A stretch of DNA of 64,000 nt from Hemiscyllium ocellatum (Eukaryota), in contig NC_083405.1 of assembly GCF_020745735.1 (NCBI RefSeq), forward strand, positions 67,422,345 through 67,486,344. Reading direction: 5' to 3'. A program made the position numbers and the translations under genes. The notes beneath the pieces were generated by a model, which saw only the letters and a program-made list of their open reading frames with translations, did not search any database and was not told where the DNA came from. Below, piece after piece: positions 37,071-50,000 of the stretch. Position 1 is the first letter of the stretch. Every line of letters starts with the position of its first letter.

Positions 37071-38709
37071 AGACAGTTTGGCATTATCAGAATGTAATCT
37101 CTGTCCCTATGTCTTATAGTTTTTCTTTAGCATGGAAATTGATGACAATAATTCTGCAATCCTCATTTACATCTCCTTTCAATTCAACTATTGTTTTTTT
37201 ACTTGTCCCTTTCACCTTTACTTTTGTCTTGCGCCTTTCTTACTTAATCAATCCAGCCTTGACTCCGTCATAAACTTTTCCTTTTGCTTTTCCACTCTTC
37301 TCCCATTTCCTCCCTCGAGACTTGCTTAAAATATCTGCAACATATGACGGTTGCGATGAAGATCAAACCATAGCTAATTTGCTCATATAGTTTTTAAAAT
37401 GAAATTTGACATCCAGTCTAACCTACCTGTGAGATCCAAAACAATTTTGTTGACTCAACTGCGCACTGAAATGGTCTAGCAAATCACTCAGTTTAAGGGT
37501 CATTTAACAATGCTGGCCTTTCCAGTGATGCAATATCTCAGGAAAGAATTTTTTAAAATCCATAACCCCAAAAATGGGCAGAAATATAGCATGTAAAGCT
37601 GAATAATGATTCAGTGGTGCAATGTGCTTATGCAAGGACTAATACATAGTGAGAATATATTACAAATGAAAAGTGAAAATGAACCAAAAAACTCTGATGT
37701 CCACTTCCGCAAATCCTTAAAGTAGTGCAACAAGTTAATAAAACAGTTATTGTTGCATTTTTCAGTGTCAATCACTATCAATCTTGTGGTTGGTGTAGTT
37801 TGCTACCATCATGCTCTTAACTGAATCTAAGATGCTGATTAGTTTAGAATGGTAGATGAAAACTATGAGAGTCCTATTGAAAAGAGGCTCTTGTCGAAAA
37901 CAGGATGTGGTTTATAGATAGGTCAAGAAAAAGAAGGGAGCATATGTCAGCTGTAGGCAGCAGGGATTGAGTGAATCCCGAGAAAAGTACATGGGCAGTA
38001 GGAGCACATAAGAGGGAAATCAGGAGGACAAAAAGAGGACATGAGATAGTTTTGCAAATAGGTTTAAGGACAATTAAAGGAGTTTCTACCAATACATTAA
38101 GAATAAAAGAGTAACTAGGAAAAGAATAGGGCCCCCTAATGATCAGCAAGGCTGCCTATGTGTGGAACCACAGGAGATGGGTGAGATACTAAACAAGAAT
38201 TTTGTATCAATGTTTACTGTTGGGAAATGTATGGAAGTTAGGGGAAATAAATAGCGATACTGTAAAAAGTATCTGTATTACAGAGGAGGAGGGCGAGAGA
38301 TCATAAAATACACAATGGTGGATAAATCACTGGGATCGGATCAGGTGTACCCCAGAACTTTGTGGGAAGCTATGGAAGTGATTACTGGGCCTCTGCTGAG
38401 ATACTTGTATCATCGATAGTCATAAGTGAGGTGCTAGTAGACTGGAGGTTGGCTAACAGGGTACCATTATTTCAGAAAGTTAGTAAGGAAAAGCCGGGGA
38501 ACTCTGGACAGGTGAGCCTGACTAGGCAAACGTGAGGACTGAAGATGCTGGAAACCAGAGTTTAGATCAGAGTGGTGCTGGAAAAGCAGAGCAGGTCAGG
38601 CAGCATCCGAGGTGCAGGAAAATCGATGTTTCGGGCAAAAGCCCTTCATCAGGGCATCAGTGATAAGCAAGTTGTTGGAGGGGATTCAGAGGGACAGGAT
38701 TTTCATGTA

Positions 38710-39253
38710 CAGGTAGTTCTCCTATAACACTGTAGTTACATTCCAGCAAAACCTTGCTTAATGGAAAATTGCTTAATAGGAATAATGGGGCCTATGGAAA
38801 AAGTGAGGTTGGGACAAACCAGTATAAAATTTCACTCACAATCGCTCAAAACTCACTCAAAAGTCTAACACAAAGTATAGCACAGCCTGAATGAAGGTTG
38901 AAATCATAATTGTTAACAAAACTAAATTCAACACAGTACCTTTAAAAATTTAAGAAAGCTGCTCTCTGTATAGTATCTTTCACAGAAAACTGCTCTATCA
39001 GCAGCTGACAACAGTGTATGCGCAGAATGGCGCAAAGACCAGAGCTGGAATACATGTGTGGACACCGGTGCATGCATAGCACCGCGTGGAGATTTTGGCA
39101 CACACATTGGCGCATGCACAGAATGAAGCATGCGAACCAATCCTCACTGGAATCGTACTATTGCCAGTAGAGGTAAGCGTTCTCCAAAATACTGTTCTCT
39201 AATTCTTCAGCAACATTGCACTGCTGAAATGTGCCTTATTCCAGAACTACCAA
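38710..39253. mobile_element. Tc1/mariner-pogo (Tigger-like) non-autonomous element
   Basis: The TSD is TA (38708-9 / 39254-5) and the termini are CAGGTAGTTCT / AGAACTACCAA. Removing the element restores the CR1 sequence catgtacttggaaag. Confidence 0.85.
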
Positions 39254-40553
39254 TACTTGGAAAGACAAAGACTGCTTAGGGATAGACGACATGGCTTTGT
39301 GTGTGGGAAATCATGTCTCACTGACTTAATTGTGTTTTTTGAAGAAGTGATGAAGAGGATTGATGAAGGCAGTGCAGTGGATGATGTCTATATTGACTTT
39401 GTAAGACATTTGACAAGAAGCCGCATGGTAGACTGGTTAACAAGGTTAGATCACATGAAGTACAGAGAAAACGAGCCAGTTGGGTACAAAATTGACCAGA
39501 AGTTAGGAGACAAAGGGTGGCGGTGTAGGTTTGCTTTTCGGACTGGAGGCCTGTGACCAGTGACGTGCCACAGGGATCAGTGCTGGGTGCACTGTTTCTC
39601 GTCATTTATGTAAGTGATTTGGATGTGAACATAGAAGGTATGGTTAGTAAGTTTGTAGATGGCACCAAAACTGGTGGTGCAATGGACAGTGAAGAAGGTT
39701 GCCTCAGAGTACAATGGAACTTGATCAGATGGGCTGATAGGCTGAGGAGTGACAGATGGAGTTTAATATAGATAAATGTGAGGTGCTACATTTTGGTACA
39801 GCAAATCAAAACAGTTCTTAAACATTTAATGGTATGTTCTTGGGGAGTGGGACCAAACAAAGAGACTTTGGGGTGTAGGTTCACAGTTCCTTAAAAGTGA
39901 AGTCGCAGGTAGACAGAGTAGTCAAGAAGGCACTTGGTACATTTGCCTTTATTGGTCAGTGCATTGAATATAGCAATTGGGAGATCATGGTACAGCTGAA
40001 CAGGACACTCATGAGGCTATTTCGGAATATTGTATTCAATTCAGGTTTCCTTGCTTTAGGAAAGATGTTGTTAAAATTGAAAGGGTTCAAGAAAAGATTT
40101 ACATGGATGTTGCCGGGGCTGGAGAGTTTGAGCTGTTCAGAAAGGCTGAGTGGGCTGGGGCTATTTTCCCTGCAGCATCAGAGTCTGAAAGGTTACCTTA
40201 TAGCTATTTATAAAATCGTAAGGGGTATGGATTATGCAAACAGAGAAGGTCTTTTCCCTGGAGGATAGGGGAATCCAAATCTAGAGGGCATAGGTTTAAG
40301 GTGAGATGGGAAAGATTTAAAAGGGACTGAAGGGCAACTTTTTCTCGCAGAAGGTGATGCATGTGTGAAATGCCAGAAGAAGTGGCGGAGGCTGGTACAA
40401 TCACAATGTTTAAAAGGCACCTGGATGGGTATATTAATGGAAAGGGTTGACGGAGATATGGCCCAATGCTGGCAATTGGGACTAGATTAATTTAGGATAT
40501 CTGGTGGGCATGGACGAGTTGGACTGAATGGCCTGTTTCCATGCTATAAATCT

Positions 40554-40765
40554 TCGAGTAAAAAATGAGGTCTGCAGATGCTGGAGATCACAGCTGCAAA
40601 TGTGTTGCTGGTCAAAGCACAGCAGGTTAGGCAGCATCTCAGGAATAGAGAATTCAACGTTTCGAGCATAAGATTCCTGATGAAGGGCTTATGCTCGAAA
40701 CGTTGAATTCTCTATTCCTGAGATGCTGCCTAACCTGCTGTGCTTTGACCAGCAACACATTTGCA
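40554..40765. mobile_element. Young Penelope-derived insertion forming a perfect 78-bp inverted repeat
   Basis: Arms 40595-40672 and 40688-40765 are exact reverse complements. The 16-nt TSD is tccatgctataaatct. Confidence 0.95.
40672..40709 (+). ncRNA. Minimal type I hammerhead ribozyme motif (intact core)
   Basis: The sequence is gattc-CTGATGA-a-gggc-ttat-gctc-GAAA-c-GTT-gaatt. Stem I is gattc/gaatt, stem II is present, stem III is ACGT, and the triplet is GUU. Confidence 0.75.
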
Positions 40766-41539
40766 TCCATGCTATAAATCTCTATGTCTCTAAATCATTA
40801 ATGAATATACCTACAGACACTCTTGGATATTGAACTCTTCATAAAATCTTGCTTTTTCAAGAATTGTAATTGTTCTCAGAGTAAAGTAATTGTCAAAGCT
40901 TGTGGAATCAACTGAAATATCATTAGCTCTGCATCTTAGTGAGTGCTAAAGTATGTTCATTTGTTCAGCTTGTGACTTAGTGTCTTTCTTGGAAGCTGTT
41001 CTGTATCCAAGAACGGTTTTTGCCAAAATGTTTAATCCTGTGTTCAACTTGGCCCATCTCTGAAATTAATTCTGCAGACTGATATTATTCATCTTGCCAT
41101 TTCTTTCTAATGTGATTTTTGCTTTGCTTAAATGATTTAAATTCTGCAATTCTCAATGCTGCTTTAATCTTTCTGCTAAATAGATTTACACTGCTTTACT
41201 ATAACAATGTTGTTAGATTTTCCTTGCCTTAAAGGTATTTAATCTCAGTAATGTAGCAATTATGTATCAGTAGATGAACAGGGTTTCTCTCATGTTTTTA
41301 ACAGTTAAAATGGAGATTTCCCACCATCTATGACAAAAACGAAGGCTTCTCACCTATTCAAGTAAAATGCAAGATTCTTAAACTGTTGAAGGGAAAATGA
41401 GCAATTCCTGCCATTCATGGCCTAATACAAATCCTTTTTCCAAATAAAGGCTGGACTGAAGCTTTCATGCTTCTTTTCCACCTGAACCATACTTTAAATT
41501 AGACATCATCCACCCTTATTGTGGTCTCAAATGTTTTAG

Positions 41540-42085
41540 AAACGTAGAAACACGGAAGATAGGAGCAGGAGGAGGCCATTCAGCCCTTCAAGCCTGCTCC
41601 ACCATTCATCACGATCATGGCTCACCACTCTTTAGGTAAAGAAATGTCTCCTTATTTCCGTCCTAAATGGTCTGCTCTGAATCCTCAGACAGTGACCCCG
41701 GTTCTGGACACACCCACCATCAGGGACATTCTCGCTCCATCTATCCTGTCTATTCCTGTTAGAATTTTACAAGTCTCTGTGCGATCCCCCTTCATCCATC
41801 TGAACTCCAGCAAAAACAATTCTAACCTAGTCAATCTCTCCTCAAACTTCAGTCCTGCCATCCCAGAATCAGCCTGGTAAACCTTCACTGCTCTCCTCTG
41901 AGAGCAAGAGCATCCTTCCTCAGAAAAGGAGACCAAAATTGCACACAATATTCTAGATATGGCCTCACTAAGGCCCTGTATAACTGCAACAACATATGCT
42001 TGGCCCATCCTAGAAATCTCTTGCAATGAAGACCAACATACCATTTGCCTTCTTTATCACCGCTGCATCTGCATGGTTACCTTTT
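41540..42085 (-). mobile_element. CR1 3' fragment
   Basis: It reads GLKFEERLTRLELFLLEFR, followed by a CR1 tail. Confidence 0.85.
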
Positions 42086-42269
42086 ATGGATAACGATAAT
42101 GAGTATAACATGACCTTATGGTTTAAGAATTACTTTGATAGACAATTTGCAGCTGCAGCAGCTGAACTGTCAAAGACAAATTCCTGGAAAGATCAACAAA
42201 GAAGAAACAACATTTCAGACCTGGTAAGATTAGAAGCAAATAGGAGTTAAAAGTTAATCAAGACCAGTA

Positions 42270-43680
42270 GACCAGTAGTGTGCCACAAGGATCAGTGCTG
42301 TGTCATTTATGTTAATGACTTGGATTTGGACATTGTAAGTATGGTTAGTAATTTTGCAGATGACACCAAATTTGGTGGTGTTGTGGACAGAGAAGAATGT
42401 TATTCATAGTACATCGAGACCTTGATCAGGTTGACCAATGGGCTGAGGAGCGGACATTGGAGTTTAATTCAGATAAATGTGAGGTGCTGCATTTTGGAAA
42501 AGTAAATCAGGGCAGGACTTATACACTTAATGATAAGGTCCTGGAAATGTTGTAAATAAAGAGACCTTGGAGTGCAGGTTCATAGTTACTTGAAAGTAGA
42601 GTGCCAGGTAGACAGGATAGTGAAGAAGGCATGTGGTATTAGATTACATTAGACTACTTACAGTGTGGAAACAGGCCCTTCGGTCCAACAAGTCCACACC
42701 AACCCGCCGAAGCGCAACCCACCCAAACCCATGCAACCCACCCAAACACATTCCTCTACATTTACCCCTTCACCTAACACTATGGGCAATTTAGCATGGC
42801 TAATTCAGCTAATCTGCACATTTTTGGATTGTGGGAGGAAACCAGAGCACCCAGAGGAAACCACGCAGACACGGGGAGAATGTGCAAACTCCACACAGTC
42901 GCCTGAGACAGGAATTGAACCCAGGTCTCTGGCGCTGTGAGGCAGCAGTGCTAACCACTGTGCCACCGTGCCACCCATACTTGCCTTCATTGGTCAGTAC
43001 ATTGAATATCGGAGTTGGGAGTCATGTTGTGGCTGTACAGGAAATTGGTTAGGCCACTTTTGAAATAATATATTCAGTTCTAATCACCTTGCTATAGGAA
43101 GGATGTTGTGAAACTTGAATGGGTTCAGAAAAGATTTGCAAGGACGCTGCCAGAGTGTGAGGATTTGAGCTAAAGGGAGGGTCAGAATATGTCGGGGCTC
43201 TTTGCCCCGAACATCAGAGGCTCAGTTATAGAAGGGCTTATAGACATTTTTACATCATGAGGGGGATCGATAGGGTGAATGGATAGGATAGCTAAGGTCT
43301 TTTCCCTGGGATGGGGGAATCCAAAACTAGATTTGTTGAGCATAGGTTTAAGGTGAGAGGGGAAAGATTTAAAAGGACCTCAGGGGCAACTTTTTAAAGC
43401 AGAAGGTGATGCATCTATGAAAGCTGGTATAATTACAATATTTAAAAGGCATCTGGATGGGTACACAAATGTACCAAGGTTTAGAGGTATATCGGCCAAA
43501 TGCTGGGAAATGGGACTAGGTGAATTTAGGATATCTAGGAAAGGCTTATGCCCGAAATGTCGAATCTCCTGCTCCTTGGATGCTGCCTGACCTGCTGCGC
43601 TTTTCCAGCAACACATTTTCAGCATGGATGAGTTGGACCCAAGGGTCTGATTCCATGCTGTACAACCTCTGAGTATGACC
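42270..43680 (+). mobile_element. CR1 3' portion with a SINE and a PLE remnant (43537-43622) inside
   Basis: It has VPQGSVL, NFADDTK and the 3' UTR. Confidence 0.9.
42638..42975 (-). mobile_element. HE1-type V-SINE
   Basis: It has the head, V-domain and tail. Confidence 0.95.
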
Positions 43681-44029
43681 TGAAAGATTCCATGAGAAAA
43701 GAAAGATTTGTAGGAGTAGTCTCAGTCAGAGATTCAGATGGTGAATAAACAGGCATTGGAGCTCCATGAATAATGTTAAAAATCCTTGTTGAACAAGGAG
43801 AAAGTTTTGAATTAATGGCAAAGAATGAGTTGAGAAGGCTAGAAGCCATAAAGAAGTATTTACTGCTCACAACAAGTAGTGTCACTGTAGTGAACGGATT
43901 CTAGAAGGCATGGCTACAATTGGGAAGTGGCCCTTAGAAGTAATTTAAACTGATGGTACAGCACCAGTAAAGTCACAAAGGTAGAATTAGGATGACAATG
44001 GGTGAACTTTAAAACCTACAAGACAGCAT

Positions 44030-45360
44030 CTAACAGAAACTTACAAAGGAAATTAGAGATATATCCAATCCAAGGAAGAAGTGTGCAGATTGGCCTAGCA
44101 AAATAATAGGTCTGAGGCTTGGGAGCAGCTTAGAATTTAGCGAAAAAGGACCAAGGAATTGATTAAGAAGGGGAAAATACAGTACGAAAATAAGCTTGCA
44201 GGGAACATAAAGACTTGACATTAATAGTTTCAATAGGTACGTGAAGAGAAAGAGATTGGTGAAGTCAAATGTAGATCCCCTACAGACGGAAACAGGGAAA
44301 TGTATAAAAAAATGGCAGAGCAACTAAATACATGCTTTGGTTCTGTCTTTATAAAAGAGGACACAAATCAGATACCAGATATATTGGAGAATACAAGATT
44401 TCAGGAAAGGGAAGAACTGAGGGAGATCAATATTAGTCCAGAAATGCTGCTGGGAAAATTGATGGGATTGAAGGCGGATAAATCCCCAGAGCCTGGTAAT
44501 CTATATCCCAAAGCACTTAAGATAGTGGCTTTATAAATAGTGGATGCTTTGGTCATTTTCCAGGATTCTGTAGACTCTGGAACAGTCCCTGCAGATTGGA
44601 GGGTATCTAATATCACTCCAATATTCGAAAGAGGAAGTGGAGAGAAAACAGGGAATTACAAATCAATGAGCCTAACATTGACAGTGAGGAAAATTATTGA
44701 ATCCATTATCACAGGTTTTATGGCAGAGCATTTAGAAAGCAGTGGCAGGATCAGACAGAGTCAGCATGGATTTATGAAGGGGAAATCATGCGAGACAAAT
44801 CTGTTGGAATTCTAAGAAGATGTAACTAGTAGAGTTGACAAAGGGGACCCAGACGATGTAGTATATTTGGACTTTCAGAAAACATTTGACAAAGTACAGC
44901 ATAAGAGATTATTATGCAAGGTTAAAGCGCATGGGATTGGAGGAAGTGTTTTGAGATGGATGGAAAACTGTTTGGCAAGAGGAAACAAAGCATAGAAAGT
45001 GATGGGTCCTTTTCAAACTGGCAGGCAGTATCTAGTGGGGTGCCACAGGGATAGGTGCTGAGACCCTAGCTATTCACAATATATATTAATGATTTGGATG
45101 AGGGAACAAAATGTAACATCTCAAAGACTGCAGATGATACCAAATTAGGTGGGAGGGCGAACTGTGACAAGAATGTAAAGATGTTTCAGAATGATCTGGA
45201 CAGTTGGGTGGGTGGGCAAATCAATGGCAGATTTAATATAATTTGGATAAATATGAGATTATTCACTTTGGAAGTAAAAACAAAAGGTAGATTACTATCT
45301 GATTGACTCTAAATTGGGAGAGGGGAATGTTCAGTGATACCTAACTATCCTTGTGCAGCG
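44030..45360 (+). mobile_element. CR1 ORF2 fragment
   Basis: Motifs VPADWRVSNITPIF, QHGFMKGKSC and TADDTKLGG are present. Confidence 0.9.
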
Positions 45361-45714
45361 GCTGGTAAATTTCTGCACACAAGAACTTCTACTCATCCCC
45401 TGCACAAACACTATTTAATTTAAAGTACTTTCTAAAGTCCAAGTTCTTCAGTTTACCAGAATTTCACTACTATCATTGTTCAAGTCAATCTCATTCCAAT
45501 GTTATTCAACCAATGGTGCAGAAATGTCACACTATTAAGCATGCAGCCTTGTGGGACAATCTCTCCTGCTCAAGGATCTTGCAGTTCCCAGGACAATCAT
45601 TTTCCTTATCCATACAGGCACGAAGGTTTCACTAGCTGGGCTAGCATTTACTGGCTACCCATAATTACCCTTGGGAAGATGGTGGTGAACTACCTTCCTG
45701 AATTACTGTAGTTC

Positions 45715-46105
45715 ATGATGTGGAGGTGTCGGTGTTGGACTGGGGTGGACAAAGTTAAAAATCAGCAGGAGAAAGTGAGGACTGCAGATGCTGGAGATCA
45801 GAGTCAAGACTGTCGTGCTGGAAAAACACAGCAAGTCAGGCAGCATCTGAGCAGTATCGATGTTTCGGGCATAAGCCCCGCGTCAAGGATCAGGAAAGTT
45901 GAAAATCACACAACATCAGGTTATAGTTAACAGGTTTATTTGGAAGTATTATCTTTCAGAGTGCTGCTCCTTCATCAGGTAACTAGTGGGGCAGGATGTC
46001 TTACGATCCTGCCCCACTAGCTAATTGATGAAGGAGGAGAGATCTGAAAGCTAGTACTTCCAAATTAACCTGTTGGACTATAATCTGGTGTTGTGTGAGT
46101 TTTAA
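45715..46105. mobile_element. Palindromic Penelope family B element with a nested family A remnant (45763-45895)
   Basis: It has the same arms as 1853-2106. aaagtt(a/g)aaaatca is duplicated around the nested piece. Confidence 0.8.
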
Positions 46106-46934
46106 CTATTGTAGTCCATTTAGTGTAGATACACCTACAATGCTGTTAGGGAGCAATTTCTCGGACCTGGCCTCAACAACAATGAAGGAACGGAAATTAG
46201 ATGTTGGCTGGCTTGGAGAGGTACAGGTGGTATGTTCCCATGTATCTGCTGCATCCTTTGAGAAACTACTGCTATTTCAACAGTCTCTATCATTCACAAT
46301 AGTGTGCCAGTACTAGAGAGTTGCTGACCTCTGATTGGTTTTCAACTTTTGGAGGCAGAAGATTCCCCTTACAACTCCCAGAAATCCCACAACTAGGGAT
46401 TCTTGAGTGTCAAAGGGATCAAGGGTTGTGGGGAGAAAGTGGAAGAATGGGGTTGATAAACCGATCAGTCATGATTGAATGGCAGAGCAGACTTGATGGT
46501 CTGACTGGCCTAATGTCTGTTCCTATGTCTTATGGTCTAACTACTAGCAGAGTATCTGACTGGAATTTAATCCCAATTGGCATCTCAGAACTGGCCCTGG
46601 TGGAATTGCCACTGGCTCTCCAGACAATAGTCACCTATCACTCCCAATGACAGCATTCAATTCTGCCCAACATCAGCAAATTCAGTGCTTTTCGATTTTG
46701 GTTGCGAGTTGGATGCAACTATGGAACTTGTGAAGTTTTAAAATGGCAACTGACACATCAACACATAATAATGACGTTTGTGTGTGCATGAGAGAGCAAA
46801 ATATTACTTTTTCATTTTACAATAGTGCTGAGGCAAACCTCCCACCTAGTTTCATGATATAGACTGGACAGAGTAATAACATACACAGACACATATAATA
46901 TTGCGATTTTTATCATTTGTAAATGAATATCATT

Positions 46935-47360
46935 TACAAAATACCATGCAAGGACTGTAACAAACATTATATCGGACAGACAGGCAGAAAACTACCCACC
47001 AAAAGACATGACCCACTATCACTACTATCCTTACATACAGACGTAGAAAGACACCACTTCAACTAGGACAACACATCCATCCTAGGACAGGCTAAACAGA
47101 GACACACACGGGAATTCCTGGAGGCCTAGCATTCAAACCAAAACTCCATCAATAAACACATCACTTTGGACCTCATTTACCAATCTCTGATAAAAAGAAC
47201 CAGAAATGATATCACCCACCTAAACAGACCAAGACACAAATAGAATGCGGGACACAACACTAGCACTTCACTGGAGGCTCACTGGTGATGTTACCGAGCA
47301 TGGTGATGAAATGTCTGAAAACAAACCTGCCAGCTCAGCGAGCAAACTTACAACCTAAAC
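46935..47360 (+). mobile_element. Penelope family C 3' fragment (GIY-YIG + degenerate HHR)
   Basis: It reads CKDCNKHYIGQTGRKL and ILGQAKQRHTREFLEA, and has CTGGTGA...GAAAtGTC. Confidence 0.85.
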
Positions 47361-49439
47361 ATATAATATTCCCTCACTAAGGAAACATTTGTTATATTTA
47401 AATAAGTATAAATATTCAAATCTTATGCTAGAAATTTCGTAAAACCGGAATAAATAAAGAATTGCTATAATACATAAGAATATTCTGCATTCTGCAAGTG
47501 GCATCTGCCCAGACTGTTCAAAGATTAATTAATTAGTACTTCATAGATAATGAAATGTTCTTTTCTGAAATATTTATTTACACATCTTTTAAAAAATGTA
47601 TTTACTTGTAATTTTATGACTTGGACTCTATGCGTGAAATTGGCACTGCATGTATTAATAATGAGATGGTATCTCAGAAAAAGTATTGTAAAATATTCAA
47701 TTCAGGACAAAGAGAGGAAATGTACAATTTACGTACTGAGGGATATCAAGTGCTGCGTGAAAACAAACCTGTTGACTTTAAATGGGTAAAAGGAATAATA
47801 TGAGGTGAAATAACTGGTAAACAAATTATTGCAGTCAATACAGAAATCTTCAAGGCAGAAAGGAATTACAAAAGACCTAAATAGAAGCAAAAACAAGTAG
47901 ACCACAGAAGACTTAAACCTAAAACAAAAAGCGACAGAGTTAAAAATGTCAAAAGTTTGTTAACTACTTCTTTGTAAAGTGATTTCTTTATGGTTACTGT
48001 TGTAATATGTCTGATAAGAAAGGGATATCCTATAGATCAATCCTGCAATTTCTCTTGTTTTTGGATATTTTTAATCAACCTGTTCAGATATGCTATGACA
48101 CATCTCTGCAGCAGGTATGACTGAAACCTCGACATCCTGGTTCAGGGTTAGGGACACCACCACTGCACCACAAAAGCCATTCTTCTTCCTTAACTTATTC
48201 AATTAATTATCAATAATGTGGCATTCAAGTAGGAATTAATGTGTGTCAGGAGCACAGTTGCACACCCATGATTTTATGACGTAATCCTGAGGTGCCATTC
48301 CTCCTTGTCATGTATTAAAAAGAATACATGAAGCTACTGTGCTAAGTTAAAATGAAGTAGAACTGTAAAGTTTGCAGATGAAAACCAGTTGTGAGACTGC
48401 AAATTTACCAGAGACTAATGTAATTTCAGCATTAATTAGAGTTATTTTTGGAGTGAACAACAAATAACATCAACGACTACTAAAATGAACAAATAGTATC
48501 AGTAAAAATGAGAGCTTCTACAAGACTAATGATATCTGCAGGTAAAGTTATAAACAATTCAGTCGTGGATAATACAATGAACAATAGGATACTCCTGAAG
48601 CATGGCTATTTTCGAGCAACTGAATTGAAAAGGAACAAGGTGAACTTTTCATGAAACCTACATAATTTATTTGAAGGGAATGTGGTGGTGCAATGGTAAG
48701 GTCACTGTATTAAATAATCCAGAGGTCCAAGCTAATGTTCAGTGGATAGGAGCTCAAATCCTACTACACAGAAGATGGAATTTAAATTCAATTGTTGAAT
48801 CTGGGATTAAATATTCACTTTGGTGATAGTTAATTATCATAAAAACCCTATCTGACTCACCAATGCCCTTTAGGGAAGGGATTCTGCCATCTTCGCCTGG
48901 TTTAGTCTATATGCAACTCCAGAACCACAGCCATGTGGTTAACTCTTAACTATCCTCTGAAATGGTTTCTTAAGTCACTCAACTGTAGCAAACCATTGCA
49001 AAGGCAAAAAGGAACTAAACTAAATGCACCACCTGGCATCAACCCTTGCATCAGAAATGACAACAGGTTACCCAGCCGTAAACTGCTCCTTATCAGCATT
49101 TGGGCACTTGTGTCAAGATTGGGAGAGCTGTTTTACAGGCTTGTCAAGCATCAGTCTGACACAGTTATGCTCACTGAATCACAACTTAAAATTCACCAAC
49201 ACCCTAATGTTTTGGTCTTTAGACTGTCCGCGTATTGTCATTTGGTTAGGAACATTTGTATTGACGTACATGGAAATTATCTCAGGAATTTCAACATAAG
49301 ATGGACGAATCTTCTGTTGCCAAGTCAATCATTCAAATTCACAGTTCGAGAAAAGATATCGGGGAAGGTCTGTTGTACTTACCTGAATAATTATCCAGGA
49401 AATGTTGGACAGAAAGTTCCTAGTATAACTGCTAGGTAA

Positions 49440-50000
49440 ATTCACAACTGAGACTCTTTGCCTCAATTGTGAATGCACCATTAAAAGCATACTGTCTGGG
49501 TACATAACAGCCTGGTATGGCAACTGCTCTGACCAGGACAGTAAGAAACTACAGAAGGTTATGTGCACAGCCCAGACCATCATGGAAGTCAACCTTCCAT
49601 CCGTGGACTCCATTTATATCTCTTGTTACCATGGAAAGGTTGCCAACATCATCAAAGACCCATCCCATCCCAGCCTACCCCAGTAATACTCTCCTACTAC
49701 TGCTTCTGTCAGACAGATGATACAGAAGCTTCAACACAAGCACCAGCTGGTTCAAGAATAGCTTCTTCTCAGTCATTATTAGACTAATGAATGGATTCTC
49801 TAATTTCAAATAACGCTGATTTTGCTAACATTGATCTTGTCTCGTGCAAGTCCTGTGCAGTATAACTTGTATTTCTCACTCTGCTCAAGTTTTTGCACCA
49901 TTTGATCTCTATGTCTTTGTTTACTATGATCTGTCTGTACTGCCTGCAAACAAATCTTTTCACTGTTCTTCGGTACACATGACAATAAATCAAAGTAAAA
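49440..50000 (+). mobile_element. Rex1/Babar LINE 3' end
   Basis: It reads CTIKSILSGYITAWYGNCSDQDSKKLQKV, with the tail gtacacatgacaataaatcaaa. Confidence 0.8.

Larger units (their letters stand above)
37880..40790 (+). mobile_element. CR1 LINE hosting three insertions
   Basis: It reads HGFVCGKSCLTDLI and VPQGSVLG, followed by the 3' UTR. Insertions are a PLE remnant (38525-38652), a MITE (38710-39253) and a hairpin (40554-40765). Confidence 0.9.
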
